From: Nitrospiraceae bacterium
Lineage (GTDB): Bacteria > Nitrospirota > Nitrospiria > Nitrospirales > Nitrospiraceae
Direction: 5' to 3'
Length of the DNA stretch: 64,000 nt
NCBI GenBank assembly: GCA_050246315.1
Contig: JBFWWG010000007.1
Location: 1 to 64,000, forward strand
The position numbers and the translations under genes were made by a program. Below are positions 49,559 through 59,035 of this stretch, in pieces. The notes beneath the pieces were generated by a model. That model did not search any database. It had not been told where the DNA came from and worked only from the letters and a program-made list of their open reading frames with translations. How positions within the stretch are numbered: position 1 is the stretch's first letter; every line of letters starts with the position of its first letter.

Positions 49559-49662
49559 ACCCACATTCTTCATGACGGTTCGTGACGTTCCACCCGTAGC
49601 ATCTCCGCAGCTACGGGTCGCACAGCGACTGCGGCAGAAGCGTTCATGAATCATGCGGGCTA
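49559..49662. repeat. Family-1 element, short copy, overlapping a stop codon
   Basis: CCCACATTCTTCATGA...TCATGAATCATGCGGGCTA; CCCGTAGC/GCTACGGG stem; colinear with the reverse complement of 40797-40902. Confidence 0.85.
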
Positions 49663-50028
49663 AGGAACCGAGGGCGCCGAAATCGGCACCATAATCCCAT
49701 ACTCCTGCACCGGGGTGATCAGAACCGCGAAGTTGAAGAGTTCATCCGCGGCCACATCATGAATGCCATAGTCCCGATTGCGGAGCATCTTGAACCACTG
49801 GCCCATCTCCATCCGGACGGCCCGCTGATCCCCTTTATCCACGGCCTCCCGCACCAACATCAGCTTGTCCTGATAGGGCGCCCAGTCTGAGTTGGGGTAG
49901 CTTGTCTTGTAGAAGTTGACCGAATTCGACAGCTCATCGATCCAGCCCGTCTCGGCTGCCGTCGCGGTCGGGACGAATGCCAGCAAGCCGATCCCGAGGA
50001 TCGTCACTAACATAGCTCGTTGCATCAT
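49660..50028 (-). CDS. Exported helical hypothetical protein (122 aa)
   Basis: GGAGG before the ATG at 50028; signal peptide MMQRAMLVTILGIGLLAFVPTATA. Confidence 0.8.
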   Translation of the reverse strand: MMQRAMLVTILGIGLLAFVPTATAAETGWIDELSNSVNFYKTSYPNSDWAPYQDKLMLVREAVDKGDQRAVRMEMGQWFKMLRNRDYGIHDVAADELFNFAVLITPVQEYGIMVPISAPSVP

Positions 50029-50036
50029 GGCCCCCT

Positions 50037-50300
50037 CCATACCGACCTTCGGTTGAGCCGGCGGCTCATCGGGCGAAGCCCTTCCCCATTGACGCCGCCG
50101 GAGAAAGCCCTCAAGTGATCTGCTTCTTCTGACCCAACCTTCGGTTGAGCCGCCCGCCCGTTTGATTGAGCTTGGCGGTCGGGAAACACGCCTCATGGAA
50201 TTCGCTTTGTCCGGCTTCCATACCAACCTTCGGTTGAGCCGGCGGCTCCCCCGCGTCTTGTCGACCATCTTGGCGTTTGAGAAACACCTTCCCGATTCGT
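50037..50300. repeat. Three degenerate ~90-bp tandem units with palindromic core CAACCTTCGGTTGAGCCG
   Basis: Core CCTTCGGTTGAGCCG at 50046, 50138 and 50227; units 1 and 3 share 30/31 nt; secondary motif TTG(G/A)CG..GAAA in each unit. Confidence 0.85.
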
Positions 50301-50369
50301 CATGCCAAATGCGCAGGGCGCGCGCCGATCCCGATCGCGCGCCGCGCTCCGCTTCGCTGCCCCCCCTCA

Positions 50370-50783
50370 TCACTCGGGCACACGAATCCAGACCTCATTC
50401 TCGGCGCCCAAGTCCGTGTCAAACCCCAAATTGATCTTCTGATACCGGGCAGGACTCTCCGGTTTCTCCGGGCCGCTGCCAGCCATGAGCTGATCGCGGG
50501 GAGTTGCGGCGATAGCCGCAGTTCCACTGGTGGCGCCTTTGGTCTCCGACTCCGGCGCCAGGACCCACACCTCATTGTCGCCGCCCAAATCCGGGTCGTA
50601 GCCCAGGTTGAGCTTCTTGTACCCGAGCATGTCCTGCCCCGAGGACGGCGCCATCGGTTCCTGGGACAGATCCATCGAGGAATCGGTGTGTTGATCCGCA
50701 GCCCAGACCGGACCGGCCTCCACGCAGAACCACATCAATACCGCCCCCATCAACAGGCGTCCTATCATTCGCCGTCCATACAT
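50370..50783 (-). CDS. Exported small protein with a duplicated 24-aa motif
   Basis: Signal peptide; YKKLNLGYDPDLGGDNEVWVLAPE / YQKINLGFDTDLGAENEVWIRVPE. Confidence 0.8.
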   Translation of the reverse strand: MYGRRMIGRLLMGAVLMWFCVEAGPVWAADQHTDSSMDLSQEPMAPSSGQDMLGYKKLNLGYDPDLGGDNEVWVLAPESETKGATSGTAAIAATPRDQLMAGSGPEKPESPARYQKINLGFDTDLGAENEVWIRVPE

Positions 50784-50887
50784 CCTTCACCTTCCTTGTA
50801 AGAGAATTGGCCATTCCACGCTCACGTTGGAAATCAAGGACGCATGAAAGCTGCCACAATCTAGCGGGATCAGGGGCAACAGGACGA

Positions 50888-50926
50888 TTACCCGAGGGGT
50901 GGATTTTCCCTCACTCAGTCGGGTGA
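50888..50926. promoter_or_regulatory. Paired imperfect palindromes, candidate NarL/LuxR-family operator
   Basis: Minus strand CTCACCCGACTGAGTGAG and CACCCCTCGGGTA, between the NarL-type gene and the 50783 gene. Confidence 0.4.
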
Positions 50927-50947
50927 GGCCGGCAGAGGGACCAGCGA

Positions 50948-51592
50948 CTACGCGCCGCGCAGGAAGAGCAGGATGGCTTCGACTCGACCGGAAACACCGA
51001 GCTTGTGGTAGATGTGATGGAGGTGGGTCTTCACCGTGTCCAGCGATACGCACAGTTGGTCGGCAATCTCCTTGTTCCCCTTCCCGGCCGCCGCATGCGA
51101 GAGGATTTCCCGTTCTCGTTCGGTGAGGAGCGCCAAGCCGGTTGCTTTTTTGAGGCCTTCGCCGTAGATGGCCCCCACCGCCTTCCTCGCGAACCGGTCC
51201 GGCATGAAGGGGGATTCGACCTGCTTGCCCCGATGGGTCTCGCGGATGATCCGCAAGAACTCCTGGTGGTCGGCGTCCTTCAGGATATAGCCGCTGGCTC
51301 CCGCCAGCACGGCCGACACGATGCGCGCATCATCGTCGTGCACCGACAACATTAAGACTTTCGTCTCAGGCGAGCAGCCCAGGATCAATTTGGTTGCGGT
51401 GATGCCGTCCACATTCGGCATATCGACATCCATCAGGACGACGTCCGGCTTCTGGGCCATGGCCGAGAGATAGGCTTCGTGACCGTTGGTTGCTTCTCCC
51501 ACGACTGTGAGATCCGGCTCACGCTCGAGCAACAGCCTGAGGCTCTGCCGGAACAGCCGTTGATCCTCGGCGATCAGGAGTCGGATGGACAT
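50948..51592 (-). CDS. NarL/FixJ-family response regulator
   Basis: REC DVVLMDVDMP; LTEREREIL..NKEIA..TVKTH LuxR HTH. Confidence 0.96.
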   Translation of the reverse strand: MSIRLLIAEDQRLFRQSLRLLLEREPDLTVVGEATNGHEAYLSAMAQKPDVVLMDVDMPNVDGITATKLILGCSPETKVLMLSVHDDDARIVSAVLAGASGYILKDADHQEFLRIIRETHRGKQVESPFMPDRFARKAVGAIYGEGLKKATGLALLTEREREILSHAAAGKGNKEIADQLCVSLDTVKTHLHHIYHKLGVSGRVEAILLFLRGA

Positions 51593-53859
51593 ACCAGGGT
51601 TTCCTGACCCGGAAGGACCACCGAGAAGACGGCCCCGCCGATCGGGCGGTTCGCAGCCACGATCCGCCCATGGTGCGCCTCAACCACGAGGCGACAGAAA
51701 TGCAACCCGAGGCCGCGGCCGATGCGCAGATCCGTCCCATCTTTTTTCCGGAAGAACATCTCGAAGATCTGCGGCAGGTCAGTTGGATCAATCCCCGGCC
51801 CTTCATCCTGAATCTCCGTGACCACCGGCGGTGGCCGCCCCTCGCCGGCGGCGCCCGACCCTTCGCCGCTGCGAGCCACACGCACCGCCATGACGACTCG
51901 CCCGGCGGGAGGGGAATATTTCAGCGCATTGTGCAGCAGGTTGATCCAGACTCGCTGCAACCGTCGCCGATCTCCCTGCATGACGATCTCCCCGTCCGGC
52001 GCTTCGATCAGAATCCTCACGCCTCTGGCCGAAGCCTCCGATTGGAACAAGTGCGCCACCTCCCGCAACTCTTCGTTGACCGAGAACCGCGCCCGGGACA
52101 ACGGAAGTCCCGAGTAACTGTCCTGATAGACGTCCAGCATGTCGTTGATCATCCCAAGCAGCAGGTGCGCGGTAAATTGCAGGTCTTCGATCAACGTCCG
52201 CAGCGGAGCCTTCTGCAGGTCGCAGTGCTCGGCCAGCACTTCCAGCGTCTTCTTGATCCCGGCCAGGGGGTTTCGGATATCGTGCGCGAACATCGAGGCG
52301 AACTGGCTGAGCGAGGCCAACCGTTCGGATCGCAGCAGTTGTCGCTCCAGCGTCTTCTTCTCGGTGAGGTCGCTGAACTGCAACAACACGTGCGTAACGG
52401 AACCGGCCCGTTTGAGGGGAACGAGGTTGACCTCGACGGTCAGCAGGAGGCCGGACGGGGTCGGCAGGTAAGTTTCAAACGGAGGACTCTCCGCTCCCGT
52501 GGCCAACACGAGACGGAACCGCTCCTCCCATTGATTCCGGTCGGCGTCGCGGAACAGGCCCAGCCATCCGTTCCCGTGAAGCCCGACTGCCGAGTGCTCC
52601 AGTTTGGATTCGGCCCGATGATTGACGTTGCGCACGATGCCCTCGGGATCGATGAGGATCTTGCCGTCCACCGACGAATCCCACAGAGTCCGATAATGGC
52701 GCTCCGATTCGGCCAACTCCTGATTCGCCCGTTCGAGTTCCATCATGGAGCGACTGGTTTCACGCGCCGCCCTCTCCAGCCGGTCCACCATGGTATTGAA
52801 GCTGCCGGCCAGGGTGTCGATCTCCCTGATACCTTTGGATACGGCACGGTCCAGTGGCCGCGCTCCCTTTCCTTCCGCGATCCGCCCGACCCTCAGACCC
52901 AGTTCATTCAACGGCTGCACGATCCGACGGGCGGTTCTGACACCAAGCCAGACGAACAATCCCAGGGTGGTAACTCCAAAGCCCGCCAATTTCCACAGAA
53001 GTCCGATAACAGGCGCCTCCGTTTCATCGGAATCTTGTCGGACAACGACGTACCAGGGCCTGGCCTGTCGCACTCGTGGCGGCAGGGTGACAGCCGCAGC
53101 GGCAATCACATCGCTCACGTTGTCGGCTACTTCCTCGGTGAAGAGAGTACGAGCCGTCGGCTCGGCACTCCCCTCCGTGAGGACCTCCTGTACATCCGGC
53201 CGAGCGGTTTGCAGAATCGGACAGAGTCGTCGTTGCCCGCAGTCCTGGGCCAACATCAACTGCCCGGTTGTCCCGATGCGCGTTCCCAACATCGTGGCAA
53301 GCAGCCGATCCATCGCGAGCACGACCTCGAGCGCCCCGATGACCTGCGCCTCCCCATCCGAGACCGGCACGGCCACCTCCCAATAGCTCCGTCCGTGCTC
53401 GTCTACCCTGATATTGCTTGACCATGGCCGCCCCTCCTCGAACACCACAGACCACCACGGTTGCTCACGATAATGGGCCGCACTCATGTCGGACGGCGCG
53501 ACCCCCACCAGCCGACCCTGCCGATCAAGGAGTACCAGCGAGCGAAAGTCGCGCTGATGCTCTTCATGCCATCTGGTTATCCCTGGGGCTCGAGCGACCA
53601 ATCGTGCCCCATCCCGGAGCGCATCACGAACCTCCGGAAGGCGGCTCAACCGCTCGACCCATTCGACCTCTCGAGAGAAAATGAGACCGACGTTGGCAGC
53701 GCCCTGCTTCGACAATTCCACGAAACTTTGGCCGATCGTGATCTGAAGCGCCTGTCTTGCATGCCAGTAGGCATACGCAAGGCCCACGGCTCCGAACACC
53801 AGCCCGAGACAAAGAATCGTGAGCGAAATGGAACGCTGGAGGCTGATTCGCTGCGCCAT
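51574..53859 (-). CDS. Sensor histidine kinase (TM-Cache-TM-HAMP-PAS-HisKA-HATPase)
   Basis: ATG at 53859; FAHDIRNPL, NLLHNALKY, DEGPGI, GLGL. Confidence 0.93.
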   Translation of the reverse strand: MAQRISLQRSISLTILCLGLVFGAVGLAYAYWHARQALQITIGQSFVELSKQGAANVGLIFSREVEWVERLSRLPEVRDALRDGARLVARAPGITRWHEEHQRDFRSLVLLDRQGRLVGVAPSDMSAAHYREQPWWSVVFEEGRPWSSNIRVDEHGRSYWEVAVPVSDGEAQVIGALEVVLAMDRLLATMLGTRIGTTGQLMLAQDCGQRRLCPILQTARPDVQEVLTEGSAEPTARTLFTEEVADNVSDVIAAAAVTLPPRVRQARPWYVVVRQDSDETEAPVIGLLWKLAGFGVTTLGLFVWLGVRTARRIVQPLNELGLRVGRIAEGKGARPLDRAVSKGIREIDTLAGSFNTMVDRLERAARETSRSMMELERANQELAESERHYRTLWDSSVDGKILIDPEGIVRNVNHRAESKLEHSAVGLHGNGWLGLFRDADRNQWEERFRLVLATGAESPPFETYLPTPSGLLLTVEVNLVPLKRAGSVTHVLLQFSDLTEKKTLERQLLRSERLASLSQFASMFAHDIRNPLAGIKKTLEVLAEHCDLQKAPLRTLIEDLQFTAHLLLGMINDMLDVYQDSYSGLPLSRARFSVNEELREVAHLFQSEASARGVRILIEAPDGEIVMQGDRRRLQRVWINLLHNALKYSPPAGRVVMAVRVARSGEGSGAAGEGRPPPVVTEIQDEGPGIDPTDLPQIFEMFFRKKDGTDLRIGRGLGLHFCRLVVEAHHGRIVAANRPIGGAVFSVVLPGQETLVCPSDS

Positions 53860-54061
53860 GATAACCTCAGGCTCAGCGCTGCTGGATGGGAACGAAGGGA
53901 ACCACGCCCACAGGCCCGCGGCCCCTTCTCTGTGAGAGATACCGCGTGTCGTACCGAGGTAGCCTATCACCTTGTTCGGATGATTTCACCCAGACCGGCG
54001 CCCGGCTCTGGAGGCGGTTTCGACAGGGCCGAAGAATCCGGCCTGTCCGAACCTGTTGCGT

Positions 54062-56500
54062 TCAGCCGCCCAAATCGACCAGGGTCACGCCGTCTCCTCC
54101 CTCGTGGCGATCGCCGGTGCGGAACGCCGAGACGTAAGGAGAACCTTTCAGATAGTCCCGCAGGGTTGCGCGCAGCTTACCAGTCCCATACCCATGGATG
54201 ATGCGCAGGAGCCCCCCGCCGGACAGCACCATCTGATCGAGCCGGGCGATCACTTCATCGAGGGCCTCATCCGCGGCTTTCCCTCTCACATCCAGCACGT
54301 GGTCGATCTGCGGTGATCCCGCGCGCGACCAGTGCCCCGGGACCTTGGAGCCGGCTCCTGCTGGCGACTCGGATCGGCTTATTCCGGTTTTCCCGGTCCC
54401 ATGAAGGGCATCCACGGAAACCGACATGTCGGTCGTCCCAACTCGAACGCGGACCCGTCGCTTGCCGACCGGGGCATCGAGCAGCAGGCCTTGTGTCCCC
54501 AATCCCGCGATCTCGACCTCATCACCTGGTTTGAGTCGATCGATCGGTACGGTCGAGACCGTCTCCGCCAACACCTCGGAACGCTGGTCCGCAATCTCCG
54601 ACAGCCGCTCCCTGGCGGCTTTGGCCTTCTCGGTGGTCCGATCTCGTTTGAGATCATCCAAGACAGCCTGGATCTCGCTCCGCGCGCGTTGCAGCTCCGC
54701 TGTCAGCCGCTTGCGAAGGTCTTTCCGTTCCGTGTGCTCGGAAGCTCGCAGGCGCTCCGTGATCGCCGCCGCCTCGCCAGCCTGCTGTTCGGCCTCAACC
54801 CGAAGTGCGGAGAGACGGTCCCATTCCTCCGCCACCCGCCGTTGGGTGTCCTGCAGATCACCAAGCAACCGTTCAAGCGCCTCGTCATCCCGTTCCAGCC
54901 GGCCCCGAGCCGCCTCCAAGAGGTCCTCGTCCATTCCAAGACGACCCGCGATTTCGATCGCGGAAGATCCGCCCGGAATCCCTATGATCAGCCGGTACGT
55001 GGGCGCCAGCCGCGCCACGTCGAACTCGACGCTGGCGTTCAGAAACCCGCGCGTCTCCTGCGCCAAGACTTTCAATTCCGTGTAATGGGTCGTGACCACC
55101 GCCTTCACGTTCTGGTCGGCCAATCGTAACAACAGAGCCTGCGCCAACGCGGCCCCTTCGGCGGGATCGGTGGACGTCATGGGTTCGTCAAGCAGCACGA
55201 GGAACGAGCGCAGCTCCCTGCGCCCGTCCCGTTGCGCCTCGGACAACAGCGCGAGCAGACGAATCATCGTGATCATGTGGGCTGAAAAACTCGACAAGTC
55301 TCTGGTCAGATCCTGCGCGTCTCCGATATCCGCATAGACCTCTTCAAACAACGCCATCTCCGACCCTTCATCACAGGGCAGCAGCAACCCGGCCCGGACC
55401 ATAAGCGCAAAAAGCCCGAGCAATTTGAGCACCACAGTCTTACCGCCCGTATTGGCGCCGGAGATGACCAGGGCGCACACGGACTCATCGAGGACGATAT
55501 CGTTGGGTACAACCTCGGGGCGGGCCAACGCCAGCAAAGGATGGCGCGCCTGGATGACCTTGATGCGGCCTCGATCATTCAACGCGGGGGCGCTCGCTCG
55601 TAATTGAGCCGCCAGAGCCGCCTTCGCGTGAATCGCATCGAACAGCGCCAGAATATCGAGGGCCTCCGACAACGCCGAAGCCTGCACCGAGACCACCAGC
55701 GACAATTCGTGAAGAATCCGGTTGATTTCGCGTTCGACCGCCACCTCGGCCACCTTGATGGCGTTGTTCACCTCGACCAGTTCCCGAGGCTCGAGAAAGA
55801 CTGTGGCGCCGCTGGCCGACACATCGTGCACGATACCGGGCACGGCAGTCCGCATTTCCGTCTTGACGGGAACGACATATCGCCCTTCCCGTTGGGCGAA
55901 GTACCGCTCTTGGAGGATGTCCTCGTACCGTTTGGATTGCAGGATCGATTCGAGACGATGGCGTACCTGCTGTTTGAGGTCATGAACCTGTTGGGTGAGT
56001 CGCCGCAGCTCAGGGGTGGCCGAATCCTTGATGGTGCCTTCGGGATCGATCGCCCACTCAAGCTCGGCCCGAAGCCCGCTCAATACATGAGCCGGCGGCA
56101 GCGGCGCCCCGAGGGCCGCCAGACACGCTGCGTCCTCGCGATGACGGGAGAGATAGCGGATCACGTCCTCAATCAGCCGGATCACACTCCCGACATCCCG
56201 AAGCTCATGGCTGTCCAATACGCCGCCTTTCCCGGTGCGTTGGAGCAATTCACTCACATCGGCGAACGGTAACGCGGGAAACGGGTCCGTCCCCGCACGC
56301 AAGCCCGCCATTTGGACGGTTTCACGCTGACGTTCCGTCGCCTCCGTCAGGTCGGTCGCGAGCTTCAACCCGCGGCAATATTGCGCACCCATGGTCGACC
56401 GCGCATGCCCGGCCAGGGCCTCGAGCAGGCGCTCCCATTCCAGCGCGCGTATGGTGTCCTGTTTGAGGTTGAGGTCGTCGCTCATAGAACTATCCGTCAC
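54062..56500 (-). CDS. mutS2: Endonuclease MutS2
   Basis: PGIVHDVSASGATVFLEP, GANTGGKT, DIGD.Q..SSFSAH, C-terminal Smr IIHGYGTGKLR. Confidence 0.96.
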   Translation of the reverse strand: MTDSSMSDDLNLKQDTIRALEWERLLEALAGHARSTMGAQYCRGLKLATDLTEATERQRETVQMAGLRAGTDPFPALPFADVSELLQRTGKGGVLDSHELRDVGSVIRLIEDVIRYLSRHREDAACLAALGAPLPPAHVLSGLRAELEWAIDPEGTIKDSATPELRRLTQQVHDLKQQVRHRLESILQSKRYEDILQERYFAQREGRYVVPVKTEMRTAVPGIVHDVSASGATVFLEPRELVEVNNAIKVAEVAVEREINRILHELSLVVSVQASALSEALDILALFDAIHAKAALAAQLRASAPALNDRGRIKVIQARHPLLALARPEVVPNDIVLDESVCALVISGANTGGKTVVLKLLGLFALMVRAGLLLPCDEGSEMALFEEVYADIGDAQDLTRDLSSFSAHMITMIRLLALLSEAQRDGRRELRSFLVLLDEPMTSTDPAEGAALAQALLLRLADQNVKAVVTTHYTELKVLAQETRGFLNASVEFDVARLAPTYRLIIGIPGGSSAIEIAGRLGMDEDLLEAARGRLERDDEALERLLGDLQDTQRRVAEEWDRLSALRVEAEQQAGEAAAITERLRASEHTERKDLRKRLTAELQRARSEIQAVLDDLKRDRTTEKAKAARERLSEIADQRSEVLAETVSTVPIDRLKPGDEVEIAGLGTQGLLLDAPVGKRRVRVRVGTTDMSVSVDALHGTGKTGISRSESPAGAGSKVPGHWSRAGSPQIDHVLDVRGKAADEALDEVIARLDQMVLSGGGLLRIIHGYGTGKLRATLRDYLKGSPYVSAFRTGDRHEGGDGVTLVDLGG

Positions 56501-56645
56501 AATGGTCTATCAATCGATCGGCCCACAGGGCGCATTTCGAAAACCTCCCGTTGGTGGCGGCCTCCGGCTTCGTGTGAGGCTCGATCAATGGCCCGCAACG
56601 CCTCCGAGGCCGGCGTGTCGGAGCCGAGGCCCCCCATCGAATGAC

Positions 56646-56674
56646 TTGACTCGACGCGAAGGGGTCAGTACCAT
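56646..56674 (+). promoter_or_regulatory. Candidate sigma70 promoter of the gap operon
   Basis: TTGACT-N17-TACCAT. Confidence 0.55.
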
Positions 56675-56738
56675 CTCCGAGTCCGCGTGCTTTTTCAACC
56701 CTTCACCTCACAACATTTTGCTTGTAGGAGTTCGCACC

Positions 56739-57743
56739 ATGGCCATCCGTGTCGGAATCAACGGGTTTGGAAGAATCGGGCGAAACGTACTGCGCGCGTC
56801 CCTTCACGACCCCTCGCTGGAATTTGTCGCGATTAATGACCTGACCGACGCTAAGACGTTGGCCTATCTGCTTGAATACGACTCCGTGCACGGGCGTCTC
56901 GATGCCACAGTTTCACACAAGGAAGACGCAATTCTCGTCAACGGGAAGCCCTTGATCGTGCTCGCAAAAAAAGACCCCAAGGATCTCCCCTGGAAAGACC
57001 TGGGTGTCGAGATCGTCATCGAATCCACGGGACGCTTCACTGATCGGGACGGAGCCGGCCGTCACCTGGCCGCGGGAGCCAAGCGCGTGGTGATCTCCGC
57101 GCCGGCGAAAGACCCGGACGTGACGATCGTCATGGGCGTCAATGACGGCACCTATGATCCGACGAAACACGCGATCGTGTCCAACGCCTCCTGTACGACC
57201 AACTGTCTCGCGCCGGTGGCCAAGGTCCTGCTCGACAGCTTCGGCATCAAGCACGGCGTGATGACGACCATCCATTCCTACACGAACGATCAGCAACTCT
57301 TGGACCTGCCTCATAAAGACCTACGCCGGGCCAGGGCCGCCGCCATGTCCATGATCCCCACCAGCACCGGCGCCGCCAAGGCTCTGCACCTGGTCTTGCC
57401 GCAGTTGAAGGGAAAGATGGACGGCATGGCGATCCGGGTGCCTACCCCGAACGTGTCGCTGGTGGACCTGTCCGTCGAGACGGACAAGGACTGTGACGCG
57501 GCTTCGATCAACGCCGCCTTCAAGAAGGCCTCCGAAGGACCGTTAAAAAACATTCTGCAATACTCCGATGCGCCGATCGTCTCGATCGACCAGAAAGGCG
57601 ACCCGCATTCCGCCACGTTGGACGCGCCCTTGACGACGGTGCTGGAAGGCCGCATGGTCAAGGTCATCGCCTGGTACGACAATGAGTGGGGCTACTCCTG
57701 CCGCGTACGGGACCTCATCAAGATGATGGCGGCCAAGGGATGA
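56739..57743 (+). CDS. gap: Glyceraldehyde-3-phosphate dehydrogenase type I
   Basis: AGGAG before the ATG at 56739; INGFGRIGR, SNASCTTNCL, WYDNEWGY. Confidence 0.98.
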   Translation: MAIRVGINGFGRIGRNVLRASLHDPSLEFVAINDLTDAKTLAYLLEYDSVHGRLDATVSHKEDAILVNGKPLIVLAKKDPKDLPWKDLGVEIVIESTGRFTDRDGAGRHLAAGAKRVVISAPAKDPDVTIVMGVNDGTYDPTKHAIVSNASCTTNCLAPVAKVLLDSFGIKHGVMTTIHSYTNDQQLLDLPHKDLRRARAAAMSMIPTSTGAAKALHLVLPQLKGKMDGMAIRVPTPNVSLVDLSVETDKDCDAASINAAFKKASEGPLKNILQYSDAPIVSIDQKGDPHSATLDAPLTTVLEGRMVKVIAWYDNEWGYSCRVRDLIKMMAAKG

Positions 57744-57786
57744 TTCGTTGCTTTGTACACGACCATTGCGCTTCTAGGGAGTCGGC

Positions 57787-58986
57787 ATGAACCTGCACAA
57801 ACAGACGATCGACGACATCAGGTTGAAGGATCAACGAGTCATCGTTCGCGCGGACTTCAACGTACCGTTGGACGACGCGTTGCAGATCACCGACGATACG
57901 AGGATTCGCGGCACGCTGCCGACGATCAATCGTGCGGTGGACGAGGGCGCGAAGGTCATCCTCTGCTCGCACCTCGGACGCCCCAAGAGCAAGCCTGATC
58001 CCAAATACAGTCTGGCGCCGGTGGCCAAACGGCTACAGCGCCTGTTGGGCAAAGAGGTGGTGTTCGCCCCGGACTGCATCGGCCCGGGAGTAGAAGCGCT
58101 CGTATCCAAGATGAAGCCGGGCGACGTCTTGCTGCTCGAAAATCTTCGATTCCATGCAGGCGAAGAGAAGAACGATGATCAATTCGCCAAGGCGCTCGCC
58201 TCGCTGGGCGACATCTATGTCAACGATGCGTTCGGAGCCGCGCACCGGGCGCACGCGTCGATCGTAGGGATCACCAAGTTCATCAAGACTGCGGCGGCCG
58301 GCTACCTGCTGAAGAAGGAAATCGAATATCTGGAAGGCGCAGTGGAGAACCCCGTGCGTCCGTTCGTCGCCATCCTAGGCGGAGCCAAGGTGTCCGGCAA
58401 GATCGGCGTGATCGAGAACTTGGGCAAGCGGGTGGACAAAGTCATCATCGGCGGAGGCATGGCCTTCACGTTCATCAAGGCCATGGGCTATGAGATCGGC
58501 AACTCGCTTGTGGAAAACGATATGCTGGACTTCGCCCGCGGCATTCAGGATCACGCCTTCTCGCGCGGCGTGAAGTTCTACCTGCCCGTGGATTGCGTGG
58601 TGGCCGCCAGCCGAGAGCCCGGCGCGGAAAGCAAAATCGTGCCGATTCAGGAGATTCCCAAGGATTGGTACGCATTGGATATCGGACCCGCCTCCGTTAA
58701 GCTGTTCAGCGAAGCGATCCAGAACGCCAAGACCATCCTCTGGAACGGTCCGATGGGCGTCTTCGAGATCGATGCCTTTGCCAGAGGCACATTGGCCGTC
58801 GCCCATGCCGTGGCCAACGCCTATGCCCTGACGATTGTCGGAGGAGGCGATACGGCTCTGGCCGTGCACCGCGCGGGCGAAACGGACAGCATGTCGTTCA
58901 TCTCAACCGGCGGAGGCGCCGCGCTCGAACTGTTGGAAGGCAAGCAATTGCCCGGGTTGATCGCATTGCCCGAACGGGCTGATTAG
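57787..58986 (+). CDS. pgk: Phosphoglycerate kinase
   Basis: RADFNVP, SHLGRP, LLENLRF, STGGGA. Confidence 0.98.
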   Translation: MNLHKQTIDDIRLKDQRVIVRADFNVPLDDALQITDDTRIRGTLPTINRAVDEGAKVILCSHLGRPKSKPDPKYSLAPVAKRLQRLLGKEVVFAPDCIGPGVEALVSKMKPGDVLLLENLRFHAGEEKNDDQFAKALASLGDIYVNDAFGAAHRAHASIVGITKFIKTAAAGYLLKKEIEYLEGAVENPVRPFVAILGGAKVSGKIGVIENLGKRVDKVIIGGGMAFTFIKAMGYEIGNSLVENDMLDFARGIQDHAFSRGVKFYLPVDCVVAASREPGAESKIVPIQEIPKDWYALDIGPASVKLFSEAIQNAKTILWNGPMGVFEIDAFARGTLAVAHAVANAYALTIVGGGDTALAVHRAGETDSMSFISTGGGAALELLEGKQLPGLIALPERAD

Positions 58987-59035
58987 CGTGCCTCATTCCG
59001 GCACTACTCCTATTCCAGAGCTCGCACCTCGTTTC

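Noticed and set aside
50037..50250. Mini CRISPR array
   Set aside because: Only three units; the ~60-nt linkers resemble each other, the middle repeat is degenerate, and no cas genes are present
49660..50373. ORF-track N-terminal extensions (also 56391 gap, 20564 RCC1, 33068 thiI, 18129 caspase)
   Set aside because: Downstream starts have a better RBS, signal peptide or family start; the extensions run through repeats or neighbouring genes
46414..53421. Long plus-strand ORFs (46414-47973, 48499-49575, 51670-53421)
   Set aside because: Antisense to well-supported genes; no recognisable motifs
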